A stretch of 64,000 bases of DNA from Vulcanimicrobiales bacterium (GTDB lineage: Bacteria > Vulcanimicrobiota > Vulcanimicrobiia > Vulcanimicrobiales > Vulcanimicrobiaceae). Made by a program: the position numbers and the translations under genes. Location: assembly GCA_038215615.1 (NCBI GenBank), contig JBBQQR010000004.1:1-64000 (forward strand). The letters run 5' to 3'. Below the pieces are notes generated by a model. The model saw nothing but the letters and a program-made list of their open reading frames with translations, was not told the origin of the DNA and ran no database searches. Below are positions 32,510 to 41,771 of the stretch, one piece after another; position 1 is the stretch's first letter, and every line of letters starts with the position of its first letter.

Positions 32510-34003
32510 TTAAACTCCAAACGGATCGATGGGCTTCTCGCCGATATACGTAATGATACTTTTGATTTCCGAATACAGCGCCATGGTCTCGATGCCCAGC
32601 TCGCGCCCGTATCCCGACTGTTTGTACCCGCCGAACGGTACGCCCGGAAAAACTGAGTACGGCGTGTTGATCGCTACGGTTCCTGTGCGCAGCGCCCTAG
32701 CCGTGCGTCCGGCGCGCCCCAGGTTCTGTGTCCAGATGCTGGCCGACAAACCGTACTCACTGTCGTTTGCGAGCGCAATCGCTTCGGCTTCATCCTTAAA
32801 GCGCGTAATGGTTGCGACCGGTCCAAAGACTTCCTCGCGCGAAATGCGGTGCGCCGGCTGCGCTTCATAGGCGCTGACGCTCCAAAATTTGCCGTCCTCG
32901 AAGCCTTCGCCCACGCGCGCGGGTTCGCCGCCCAGCAGCAGCTTGGCGCCTTCACCTGCGCCGATTTCGCAATACGATTTGATCTTATCGTATTGCTCTT
33001 GGGTCGTGATCGCTCCGATCTGCGTCTGCGGATCTTCCGGATTGCCGACGCGCAGTTTGCGCGCCTTGCTCGTAAATGCCGCAATGAATTCGTCGGCGAT
33101 ATTTTCGTGGACCAGCACCCGCGAACGCGCTTCGCAGCATTGCCCCGCGTTATAAAAAATGCCGTACAGCGCGCCGTTGACGGCCTGCGTGACGTCGGCG
33201 TCGTCGAAAACGATCGATGGCGACTTGCCGCCTAGTTCGAGCGTGACGCGCTTGACCGTTTGTGCCGCGGTCGCCGCAACGCGCTTTCCGGTGGTCGTGC
33301 TGCCGGTGAACGCAATCTTGTCGATACCGGGATGCTCGACGATGGCTTGGCCCAAATCACGGCCTTCGCCGGTAATCACGTTGAGCACGCCTTCCGGTAA
33401 GCCGGCTTCGAGCGCGATCTTCGCGAGCTCGAGTGCGGAGAGCGGCGTTTGCCCGGCCGGCTTCAGCACGATCGTGCAGCCCGCAGCCAGCGCAGGCGCG
33501 ACTTTCCAGGATGCCAGCAGCAGCGGAAAATTCCACGGCACGATCGCGCCGACCACCCCCACCGGTTCGCGCACTGTTTGCGCGAGGTAGTTAGGCAGCG
33601 GACCAGGCAAGCTGTTGCCGTAATTTTTGGTCGCTGCGCCTGCGTAGAATTCGAAACAGTCGACGATGGCGCCCAACTCGCCCTTGGCAGTGCCCAAAGT
33701 CTTGCCGTTGTCGCGCACTTCAAGCAGCGCAATGTCGTTGGCGCGTTCGGCGATCAGCTGCGCCATCTTGTAGATGACTTTGGCGCGGCGCGACGCGGCC
33801 ATCGTCGCCCATTTCCCACGCTCGAGCGCGCCGCGTGCGGCGGTCACCGCGCGGTCCACATCGGCGGCGGACGCGTTTGCGACCTGAGCGATCGTTGCGC
33901 CTGTGGCCGGATTGGTATCGTCGTAGAGCGCCCCGTCGGATGCGCCGGCCCAAAGATTGCCGATGAAGAGTTCAGTTTTCACAGCCGCTGCAGTTACCGC
34001 CAT
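32510..34003 (-). CDS. NAD-dependent aldehyde dehydrogenase
   Basis: IVPWNFP, FTGST, LELGGKSP, NAGQCC, EEVFGP, PFGGYKQSG. Confidence 0.96.
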   Translation of the reverse strand: MAVTAAAVKTELFIGNLWAGASDGALYDDTNPATGATIAQVANASAADVDRAVTAARGALERGKWATMAASRRAKVIYKMAQLIAERANDIALLEVRDNGKTLGTAKGELGAIVDCFEFYAGAATKNYGNSLPGPLPNYLAQTVREPVGVVGAIVPWNFPLLLASWKVAPALAAGCTIVLKPAGQTPLSALELAKIALEAGLPEGVLNVITGEGRDLGQAIVEHPGIDKIAFTGSTTTGKRVAATAAQTVKRVTLELGGKSPSIVFDDADVTQAVNGALYGIFYNAGQCCEARSRVLVHENIADEFIAAFTSKARKLRVGNPEDPQTQIGAITTQEQYDKIKSYCEIGAGEGAKLLLGGEPARVGEGFEDGKFWSVSAYEAQPAHRISREEVFGPVATITRFKDEAEAIALANDSEYGLSASIWTQNLGRAGRTARALRTGTVAINTPYSVFPGVPFGGYKQSGYGRELGIETMALYSEIKSIITYIGEKPIDPFGV

Positions 34004-35172
34004 TAAAGCCTTTCGAAAATCGTGCTGACGCCTTGTCCGACGCCGATACACATAGTTGCCAAACCGTAACGCCCGCCGCGGCGCCGCAGTTCGTGCAGCA
34101 GCGTCGCAGCGATGCGCGCGCCGCTCGCCCCGAGCGGGTGCCCGAGCGCAATCGCGCCGCCGTTCACATTCGCCTTGGCCGGGTCAATCTCCAGGTCGCG
34201 CAAGCATGCAATCGATTGGGCCGCGAACGCTTCGTTGATCTCCACCAGGTCGATCGCGTCCATTGCCAATCCCGAGTGCGCGAAGGCTTTGCGCGTCGCG
34301 GGAACCGGTCCCAGGCCCATGAAGTCGGGATGCACTCCGGCCGACGCCGTCGCCACCACGCGCGCGATGGGCTGCAGGCCGAGCCGCTTCGCCGCTTGCG
34401 CTTCGCAAAGAAGAAGCGCCGCAGCGCCATCGTTTATTCCCGCGCAATTCCCTGCGGTCACCGTGCCGTTGGTTTTAAACGCGGGCTTGAGGTTCGCCAA
34501 GGCCTCGAGCGTTGTATCGGGACGCGGATGTTCGTCGACGGTAACGGCGCCGACCGCGGCGAGCTCGTCTTTGAAGGTGTTTTTTGCAACGGCGAGTTTC
34601 ACGCGCATCTGCGATTCGTACGCGAATCGATCTTGCTCTTCGCGCGAAATGCCGTAACGTTCGGCAACATTTTCGGCGGTTACACCGAGCGTAACCGGCG
34701 GATACATCTCTTTCATACGCGGGTTCACCATGCGCCAACCCAGGGTCGTGTCGTACAGTTCGGGGGCGCGCTCGAATGGTTTTTCGCCCTTGAGTTGCAC
34801 GAAAGGTGCGCGCGTCATCGATTCGACGCCGCCCGCGATGATCACGTCGCTTTCGCCGTACGCGATGGCGTGCGCGGCTGAGTTTAGCGCCTGCAGGCTG
34901 CTGCCGCATAAACGGTTGATCGTCGCGCCGCCCGTTTCAACCGGCAACCCCGCGAGCAGCGCGGCCATGCGCGCGACATTGCGGTTATCTTCGCCGGCCT
35001 GATTGGCAGCGCCGAAAAATACATCTTCGATTTTTTTCGGATCGACGCCGGTGCGTTCCACGATGGCCTTGATGACGAGCGCCGCGAGATCGTCCGGGCG
35101 AACGTGTGCGAGCGCCCCGCCGTATCTTCCGATCGGCGTGCGTAGCGCATCTATAACGACGACGTCACGCAT
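34003..35172 (-). CDS. Thiolase (3-oxoadipyl-CoA thiolase, PaaJ/PcaF-like)
   Basis: ANQAGEDNRNVARM, NRLCGS, NEAFA, GHPLGASG, MCIGVGQG. Confidence 0.93.
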   Translation of the reverse strand: MRDVVVIDALRTPIGRYGGALAHVRPDDLAALVIKAIVERTGVDPKKIEDVFFGAANQAGEDNRNVARMAALLAGLPVETGGATINRLCGSSLQALNSAAHAIAYGESDVIIAGGVESMTRAPFVQLKGEKPFERAPELYDTTLGWRMVNPRMKEMYPPVTLGVTAENVAERYGISREEQDRFAYESQMRVKLAVAKNTFKDELAAVGAVTVDEHPRPDTTLEALANLKPAFKTNGTVTAGNCAGINDGAAALLLCEAQAAKRLGLQPIARVVATASAGVHPDFMGLGPVPATRKAFAHSGLAMDAIDLVEINEAFAAQSIACLRDLEIDPAKANVNGGAIALGHPLGASGARIAATLLHELRRRGGRYGLATMCIGVGQGVSTIFERL

Positions 35173-35174
35173 TT

Positions 35175-36800
35175 CTAAAACGGCATTCCAGGATACCCCA
35201 TGGTGCCGCTGCTGGGTTTCGTTTCGACGACACCTTCTGCAACCGCCACATCCATCGGATCTTGTTCGCTTTCGACATCCAACACCCACAACGCGCGATA
35301 CGGCGCGAAGGCTGCACCTTCGGCGCCGACGAGCCGCTGGAGTATGCGAACGACGCGGTCCCCACCGATCTCGCGTCCCCATGCGATCGGTCCGAGCGGA
35401 TAGTTCGTCCCTAAGCGCATCGCAAGGTCCACGTCGTCGGGGGTCGCGACATCTTCCTGCACGGCGCAGACCGCTTCGTTGACGATCGAGCCCACCGTGC
35501 GACCCAGAAAGAGCCCGGCACTGTTTCCCACGAGCACCGTCCGTTTGCCGATCGATTCGAAGAGCTCTTCCGCGAGCTCGAGCGCGTCGTCGCTCGTTTC
35601 TTCCGCAGCGACGATCTCGAGCACGCTCTGACGCGAAAGCGATCCGAGCAAACCAAAACCGACCACCCTTTCCGGATGGCGCAGCCGCTTCGCGAGTGCG
35701 ATGAGGTCGGTTGCGTAGGCGTCGACGAGAAGAACGGTGTCGGGAGCAAACAGGCCGTCCAATTCGGTAATGAACGACCCGCGATCGCTCACGCCGTCGC
35801 CGCCATCGATGACGACCGTCGAATCCAGCGGCATCTCCTCGACCGCTTCGGCGTTCTCACAGACGTTCACGTGCGCGTAGGCTTGGTCGAGCGCTTCGCG
35901 CATTTCGATCGCGGCATTTGCCAGACCCACGATTAAAATTCGCTCGTCCTGATTCATCTCACGCGAAAGCTGCGGCGGCGCATCGTCGTGCTTCGGCGTT
36001 CCGGCGCTGTAATCGTAAAAGCCGGCGCCGCTTTTGCGGCCAAGTTTTCCGGCGCGCACCAACTCGCGCTGCAGTTCGATCGGCTTCAGCCGTGCCGCTC
36101 CGGTTCGTTCGTAAATCGACTTCGACGTGGCAAGGTTGATATCGAGGCCGATCAAATCCATCAGTTCGAACGGGCCCATGCGAAAACCGGCGCCGCGCGC
36201 TAAGAGGTCCAGTTCTTCCAACGTGCCCACGCCGGCGTCGTACGCGCGCATTGCCTGGAGGTAAAAAGGACGCGCCACGCGGTTCACGATGAAGCCGGGC
36301 GTATCGGCCGTAACGACGGGGGTTTTTCCGAAACGGGTTGCCGTGCTGCGTGCGCGCTCGACGGCCTCGTCGCCGGTTTGTTCGCCGCGCACGATTTCCA
36401 CGAGTTTCATCGCAGTGGGCGGATTGAAAAAATGCAAACCCAGCAGGCGTTCGGGGTGGTCGATGCCTTGCGCGATCTCGCTCACCGATAGCGATGATGT
36501 GTTGGTCGCAAGCAGCGCTTGCGGTCCAAGGGCCTTGGCGAGTTCCGCGAAGACGGAGCGCTTCACGTCGATACGTTCGGTAACCGCTTCGATTGCCAGA
36601 TCAGCTTGGATCCCCCCTGGAATCACGTCGTAGAATTGCACCTTGTCAGCGCGCTCGCCGGCCGCATTGGCAATCAGGGTGCGCGCTCGTTCGCGGGCAC
36701 CCGCGTCCGGCTCGACGAGCGCGACGTCGTCGCCGGCAAGCGCCGCGACGGCCGCAATGCCCGCGCCCATGGTCCCGCCCCCGATCACTACCGTAATCAC
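35175..36800 (-). CDS. 3-hydroxyacyl-CoA dehydrogenase (PaaH-like, duplicated domain)
   Basis: GGGTMGAG, TNTSSLS, GLHFFNP, DTPGFIVNRVARPFY, MRLGTNYPLGP. Confidence 0.92.
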   Translation of the reverse strand: MITVVIGGGTMGAGIAAVAALAGDDVALVEPDAGARERARTLIANAAGERADKVQFYDVIPGGIQADLAIEAVTERIDVKRSVFAELAKALGPQALLATNTSSLSVSEIAQGIDHPERLLGLHFFNPPTAMKLVEIVRGEQTGDEAVERARSTATRFGKTPVVTADTPGFIVNRVARPFYLQAMRAYDAGVGTLEELDLLARGAGFRMGPFELMDLIGLDINLATSKSIYERTGAARLKPIELQRELVRAGKLGRKSGAGFYDYSAGTPKHDDAPPQLSREMNQDERILIVGLANAAIEMREALDQAYAHVNVCENAEAVEEMPLDSTVVIDGGDGVSDRGSFITELDGLFAPDTVLLVDAYATDLIALAKRLRHPERVVGFGLLGSLSRQSVLEIVAAEETSDDALELAEELFESIGKRTVLVGNSAGLFLGRTVGSIVNEAVCAVQEDVATPDDVDLAMRLGTNYPLGPIAWGREIGGDRVVRILQRLVGAEGAAFAPYRALWVLDVESEQDPMDVAVAEGVVETKPSSGTMGYPGMPF

Positions 36801-36851
36801 GCTTACTCTTTGTTCGGGGACGCCCGCAGTCCATGCCGAAACGGAGCAGCA

Positions 36852-37388
36852 ATGGGCGAATCGCGTTGGCGCGTAACTTCTTCGTCATACGTGGTCGACA
36901 CCGAGCATTTGCGTCTGCGCAAAGACCGGATCGAACTTCCTGACGGGCGCACCATCGACGATTACTACGTTCGCGAAAGCCGCGGCTTCGTCGTCATATT
37001 CGCAACGACGCCCGACGGGCGCGTGATCTTGGTGCGCCAATACAAGCACGGCATCGGCAAAGCGCTGCTGGAACTTCCCGCCGGTGCGATCGACCCCGGC
37101 GAGGCGCCTCTGCAAACCGCGCAACGCGAATTCGCCGAAGAAACTGGTTATGCCGGTTCAATGGAGCACGTGCGTACGTTCTGCACCGATCCGACCAACG
37201 CGGATACGGTCGCGCATCTTTTTTACGCGCCGAGCGCGCAGCTCGTGGGAGAACAGCACCTCGGATTGGGCGAAGATATTACCGTCGAGCTGGCCACCTT
37301 CGACGAGTTGCGCGGCTTCGTGCGCGATGGAACGATCGATTCGGTGACGCACGTCGCGTCCATTTTTCTCATGCTGGACCGGCCCTAG
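36852..37388 (+). CDS. NUDIX hydrolase (ADP-ribose pyrophosphatase-like)
   Basis: LVRQYK, ELPAGAIDPGE..AQREFAEETG Nudix box. Confidence 0.92.
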   Translation: MGESRWRVTSSSYVVDTEHLRLRKDRIELPDGRTIDDYYVRESRGFVVIFATTPDGRVILVRQYKHGIGKALLELPAGAIDPGEAPLQTAQREFAEETGYAGSMEHVRTFCTDPTNADTVAHLFYAPSAQLVGEQHLGLGEDITVELATFDELRGFVRDGTIDSVTHVASIFLMLDRP

Positions 37389-38213
37389 CTAGCGGTCGGG
37401 GCGCAAGAACTTTCGACGGTAACGATGCTGCGGCGCATGCGGCGGGCGGCGGAGTTCTTGCCGCAGCGCCGAGAGGTTGCCAAGCGGATACACCAGCTCG
37501 GCGGTGGCAGCCACGACGTGAAGTTCGCTGCGCGACGTGACGCCGAACGCTTGCAGCGCCTCGAAACAGTCGTCGCCGCATACGTCGAGGCCTTCGGAAT
37601 ACGCCGTCAACGCCGGCACAACGATAATGCCCCTTCCGGAAAGAAACGCGGGCGCCGACGTTCCGTTGCTGCGCACACTCGGATGCAAGTGACCGATGAT
37701 GACGCCCCTCGCCTCGGCCGCGCTGCGCCCCGCTCGGGGTCCTTCCCTTCGACCCGGCTCAGGGCAGGCTGGCTCAGGATGACAAGCATTGTCGCCGTGG
37801 ATCATGAGCCAGCCGGCGCGCTGCGCATATTCAACGGTATCGCCGAGCACCTCGACGCCGCGCGTGCGGCCTTCGTGATTGCCTGCCACCAGCGTCACGG
37901 CCGCCAGCGCGCGCAGCCGGTCCAAGCCCGACTGCACCTCGCGCGCAGCGCCTTCGCTCATACGCGCGCCATGGATCACGTCACCGAGAAAAAGAAACTC
38001 CCGCGCGCCAAATTCCACCGCCGCTCTCTGCAGCACCAAGATGGCGTCGGTCGTGCTCCACGTCGGCAATGCGCCGCCGATGACGTCTTCGTACGCGAGA
38101 TGCGCGTCGGCCGCAACGAGCGTCCGCGTTTCGCGCAACCAAAGCAGTCCGGGCGCGACGGCATCGATTCCCTGCGCCAGCTGCGCGGTGCGCGCGGCCG
38201 ATTCACGAAGCAC
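37389..38213 (-). CDS. Metallophosphoesterase (Lhr-associated MPE/PdeM-like endonuclease)
   Basis: ADAH, GDVIH, GNHE, HGD and GHLHP motifs; overlaps the end of lhr. Confidence 0.88.
   Translation of the reverse strand: MLRESAARTAQLAQGIDAVAPGLLWLRETRTLVAADAHLAYEDVIGGALPTWSTTDAILVLQRAAVEFGAREFLFLGDVIHGARMSEGAAREVQSGLDRLRALAAVTLVAGNHEGRTRGVEVLGDTVEYAQRAGWLMIHGDNACHPEPACPEPGRREGPRAGRSAAEARGVIIGHLHPSVRSNGTSAPAFLSGRGIIVVPALTAYSEGLDVCGDDCFEALQAFGVTSRSELHVVAATAELVYPLGNLSALRQELRRPPHAPQHRYRRKFLRPDR
37705..37784. repeat. Palindromic REP-like element inserted in frame in the MPE gene, with a nested second unit
   Basis: CCCCTCG...CTCGGGGTCCTTC[CCTTCGACCCGGCTCAGGGCAGGCT]GGCTCAGGATGACA; ends shared with the copy at 38971. 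Confidence 0.75.
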
Positions 38214-40923
38214 GGCGTTCCATCACTTCCTGCACGCGCTGATGCAGCGCCTCGACCATGCTCGAGCGATCGTCCAGCACGACGGCATCGCCGAAACTCG
38301 ATGTGATGATGCCGAATGTGAACGGCGAAGCGGCTTTCGGGTGAAAGAGCCGGACCGGGTGCTCGACCGATTCCAAATAGGCAAGCGCGCCGGGCGCGTC
38401 GAGCAGATCACGCGTTACGGTGCGCAGTGTTTCGCGCAGCAGCGGAAAATCGCGATCGTTTGCAAAAATGCGCTCGAAAATGCGCTGCGAATTCCACGAC
38501 AGCGCGCGACGCCTCAGCGTCCTGCCGCCCGCGCGTCGCAGTACCAGCAGCCCGGTATTCGCGACGTACCGGAACTGACTGCGCAGCAGATGCGAGCTGC
38601 GCAGCCCGGCCAGCAGATCGCGTTCGAAATCGTGAGTGTGCAGCAGTTTGGTCCAGGTCTCGTCGCGCATTGATTTGCCCTCCGGCAATGTTAGCAGAAA
38701 GCCGTTGTCGTCGGTAGTGAGCTGTACGTTCGCACGGATCTGCCAAAATATGCGCGTCGCGATGGCGCGCGCCAGGGTTTCGTTGATGCGCCGCCCCGCG
38801 CCGGTATGAAAGACTGCGCACTGCTTGCGGTCGATACGGTACACTTCGATCACCGGATGCGTCGCGTCGGGCACATCGGAAAGCGCGATCTGCTCGGCGA
38901 TGTACCGCACAACGTGACCCGCTTCCAGGCCTTCGAGTCCATAGCGCGTGCGAAGGTACTCCTTCGCGCTCCCCTCGATATGGCTCCTCACGGAGCCTAC
39001 TCGGGGTCCTTCGACAAGCTCAGGATGACAATCTGAAAGCTCAGGATGACAATCTGAAAGCTCAGGATGACAATCTGAAAGCTCAGGATGACATTCTGAA
39101 TCTGAGCGGAGCCGCTGCGCAACTCCGTTGCGAAGCGTGTGAATTTCCGCGGCGAGCGCCGTTGGAATGCCGCGTAAGTGCGAGCTCCATTGCGGCACCG
39201 TCGGACGGCCGGCGTGCGGTTCGACGATGATGCCGGTGCTCGTTAGTTCTTTTACGCGCAGCGTGCGGCCGTTGAGGACGAAGACATCGCCCTGCCGGAT
39301 CTCGCTCAGGAAACTCTCTTCGACGCGGCCGATGGCGTGGCGCGCGCCCTTCAGCGTCACCGAAACGTGCTGCTCGTCGGGAATCGTGCCGACATTTTCG
39401 AAGAAGGCGGCGCAGACTTCACGGCCGAGTCCGTAGAGCGCCTCGCCGTCACATCCCAAGCGCCGGACGTGCGCTTCGTTTTCGCCTACGCCACCGCCGG
39501 AAAGATAGCGCACGCACGCCACTAGATCTTCCCGTTCGAGCTGCGCGAAGGGATAGGCGCGGCGCGCGATCCGCAGCGCATCCTCGATCGCGAGGCGCCG
39601 GTCGTAGCAGACGCTGCCCACGAGCCACTGCGCGAGCACGTCCAGCGGCGCTTGCGGAATGGCGGCTTCTTCGAGGATGGCATCTGCGATGCAGCGTTTG
39701 GTCGCGGCGGCTTCGATGATGTCGTCGCGATCTTGCGCGATCACGGTGCCGCGCGCAACCGCGCCGGGGCGGTGGCCCGCGCGTCCAATGCGCTGCAGCG
39801 TCGGCGTCATGCCGCGCGCGCCGCCGATCACCACCGCGCGATCGATGAATCCGATGTCCACGCCCAGCTCCAGGCTCGAACTGCAGACCACGGTGCGCAG
39901 TTTGCCGGCGCGCAGCGCGGCTTCCACGCGATGGCGCACGTTGCGTTCGAGCGCGCTGTGATGCACGCCGATGCGCGAATCATATTGCCGCTCGCGCGTC
40001 TGGCCGTTGACCTCTTCGACGCTTTCAGGTTCCAATATCTGCGCCATGCCGTGTGCGATCAGTTCCGCTTGGCTGCGCACGTTGGTGAAGACGAGCGTCG
40101 TGCGCTCACCCCGGGTGAGGCGCGCGGCCGCCTGCGCAACTGTCGCCAGCGGCGCCATCGCGTTGGGAAACGGAGCCAGCACGTCGATGGTGATGGAGCG
40201 CAGACGGCGCGCGTCGACGATCTCGCACTCGCGATCCGTGCCGACCAAAAACTTCGCGACCCGGTCGAGCGGGCTGATGGTCGCGGAGAGGCCGACGCGG
40301 TTGAACGGCGCTTCCGCGAGCTCTTCGAGCGATTCGAGCAAGAGCGCGAGCTGCGCGCCGCGCTTGTTGCTCGCCAGGGCGTGCACTTCGTCGACGATGA
40401 CCGTTTCAACCGTGCGCAGCGTTTTGCGGTAAGATTCCATCGCCAGCATCACCGCGAGCGATTCGGGCGTCGTCATCAAGATGTGCGGCGGCCGGGAGAG
40501 CATCAGGCGGCGCTCGTCATTGGGCGTATCTCCCGTGCGAACGCCCGTTCGAATGTGCGTCTCGCGGATGCGCCCGCGCCGGAGCCGCGCGCGCGGCGAG
40601 TTCGGGCGCTCCAGCAGGCCCATCTCGCGCAGCGGCCGGCGGACGTTATGCTCGACATCGTAGCCAAGCGCGCGGAGCGGCGAGATATACAGGGCAAACG
40701 TACGCGGAAAGAGCCCATCCTCGTCGCGGCGGGCCGCGAGCGCCGAGATGACGGGCAAGAAGGCCGCGAGCGTCTTCCCGGTGCCGGTCGGCGAGGAAAC
40801 CAGAACGTTCCGGCGTGCTAGGCCCAGGGGTATGGCGGCGCGCTGCGGTTCTGTGGCTTCCTTTAAGACATCGCGGCACCAGCGCGCGACGTCGGGATGA
40901 AGGGCGTCAAAAAGCGGCTCCAT
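38203..40923 (-). CDS. lhr: Lhr-family (Lhr-core) DEAD/DEAH helicase
   Basis: SPTGTGKT, YISPLRAL, RTGDT, TTPESL, DEVH, GLSAT, SSLELGVDIG, QRIGRAGH. Confidence 0.93.
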   Translation of the reverse strand: MEPLFDALHPDVARWCRDVLKEATEPQRAAIPLGLARRNVLVSSPTGTGKTLAAFLPVISALAARRDEDGLFPRTFALYISPLRALGYDVEHNVRRPLREMGLLERPNSPRARLRRGRIRETHIRTGVRTGDTPNDERRLMLSRPPHILMTTPESLAVMLAMESYRKTLRTVETVIVDEVHALASNKRGAQLALLLESLEELAEAPFNRVGLSATISPLDRVAKFLVGTDRECEIVDARRLRSITIDVLAPFPNAMAPLATVAQAAARLTRGERTTLVFTNVRSQAELIAHGMAQILEPESVEEVNGQTRERQYDSRIGVHHSALERNVRHRVEAALRAGKLRTVVCSSSLELGVDIGFIDRAVVIGGARGMTPTLQRIGRAGHRPGAVARGTVIAQDRDDIIEAAATKRCIADAILEEAAIPQAPLDVLAQWLVGSVCYDRRLAIEDALRIARRAYPFAQLEREDLVACVRYLSGGGVGENEAHVRRLGCDGEALYGLGREVCAAFFENVGTIPDEQHVSVTLKGARHAIGRVEESFLSEIRQGDVFVLNGRTLRVKELTSTGIIVEPHAGRPTVPQWSSHLRGIPTALAAEIHTLRNGVAQRLRSDSECHPELSDCHPELSDCHPELSDCHPELVEGPRVGSVRSHIEGSAKEYLRTRYGLEGLEAGHVVRYIAEQIALSDVPDATHPVIEVYRIDRKQCAVFHTGAGRRINETLARAIATRIFWQIRANVQLTTDDNGFLLTLPEGKSMRDETWTKLLHTHDFERDLLAGLRSSHLLRSQFRYVANTGLLVLRRAGGRTLRRRALSWNSQRIFERIFANDRDFPLLRETLRTVTRDLLDAPGALAYLESVEHPVRLFHPKAASPFTFGIITSSFGDAVVLDDRSSMVEALHQRVQEVMERRAS
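38971..39099. repeat. Palindromic REP-like element in lhr with four 21-bp tandem copies
   Basis: CCCCTCGA..GGCTCC-TCAC-GGAGCC..TCGGGGTCCTTCGAC followed by (AAGCTCAGGATGACAATCTGA)x4 at 39016-39099, with one mismatch in the last copy. Confidence 0.9.
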
Positions 40924-40928
40924 GGATA

Positions 40929-40942
40929 CGAACACCTGTTCG
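40929..40942. promoter_or_regulatory. LexA/SOS box (GAAC-N4-GTTC type) upstream of lhr
   Basis: CGAACACCTGTTCG, a perfect consensus match 5 nt upstream of the lhr ATG. Confidence 0.8.
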
Positions 40943-40963
40943 ACGGCGGGGAGCCGCTCTCTG

Positions 40964-41710
40964 CTACGGGGTGGCTTGGGCGAGCGAGTCGGCCGTCAGC
41001 GTCAGGGTCAGCTGCTGCTCGACGCGGTTATCCTGGCCTTGCCCGGGATGTGTGCGCGTGATCGTGTCTTCCTTAACCTGCTTCGGCACGCTGAGATTCT
41101 TATCGTAGACCAGCGAGCCGTGCGTGTCGGCGCGATAGCCGGACGCGCCTTCAACGGTAAGGACGCGCTGGAAGTCGATGCTGAGCATGCCGTCGTGGTT
41201 ATCGTGAGAAATCGTGTAATCGTTGATTTCCTTACCGCCGGCGCCGCTTTCGATATTCTGCCAGTGGTGGTTGCTGTCAATGGTGGACGGGTTCACGAAA
41301 TTCCGGCCGAGGACGCGCAACAAAGACATCTCTTCCTCGTTCACCTTGCCGTTCGGATCGCAAATAACGCTGCCGATCCCGTAAACCACGCACGTCGCGG
41401 GCGCGGCCGTGCGTTCACCGCGGCCTTGCTCGGCGATAGTGACCACCAGTCCCGTATCCGGCTGAACGCCCATGACGTCGACGGTTACCATGCCCTTGTC
41501 GCTGTTGCTCCCCGGATAGTGCGTCATACCGCTGCCGGTGCCGCCGCCGGCCTCGCCGATCCCCGAGGAGTGCACGGTGAGATCCGACGTGCTGGTCCAG
41601 TCGAACGTGTAGGCCAAATGGCGCATCGCCTTCTGCTGAGCGCCCGCGGCTGTGCTCGCAAGCCCGGCGAGTAAAGCAAACGCACAGATTATATGAAGGT
41701 GTCGGTTCAT
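40964..41710 (-). CDS. Hypothetical secreted protein
   Basis: Signal peptide MNRHLHIICAFALLAGLASTAAGA; protein-like beta-rich body. Confidence 0.7.
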   Translation of the reverse strand: MNRHLHIICAFALLAGLASTAAGAQQKAMRHLAYTFDWTSTSDLTVHSSGIGEAGGGTGSGMTHYPGSNSDKGMVTVDVMGVQPDTGLVVTIAEQGRGERTAAPATCVVYGIGSVICDPNGKVNEEEMSLLRVLGRNFVNPSTIDSNHHWQNIESGAGGKEINDYTISHDNHDGMLSIDFQRVLTVEGASGYRADTHGSLVYDKNLSVPKQVKEDTITRTHPGQGQDNRVEQQLTLTLTADSLAQATP

Positions 41711-41771
41711 GGGAGAAACTTCGGTCCGGCCGGGACGAAACCCGTCCGGCAATTCCCCGGTAGTATGGGGC

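Noticed and set aside
39016..39099. Possible CRISPR array
   Set aside because: The repeats are directly tandem with no spacers, lie in frame within lhr, and no cas genes are present.
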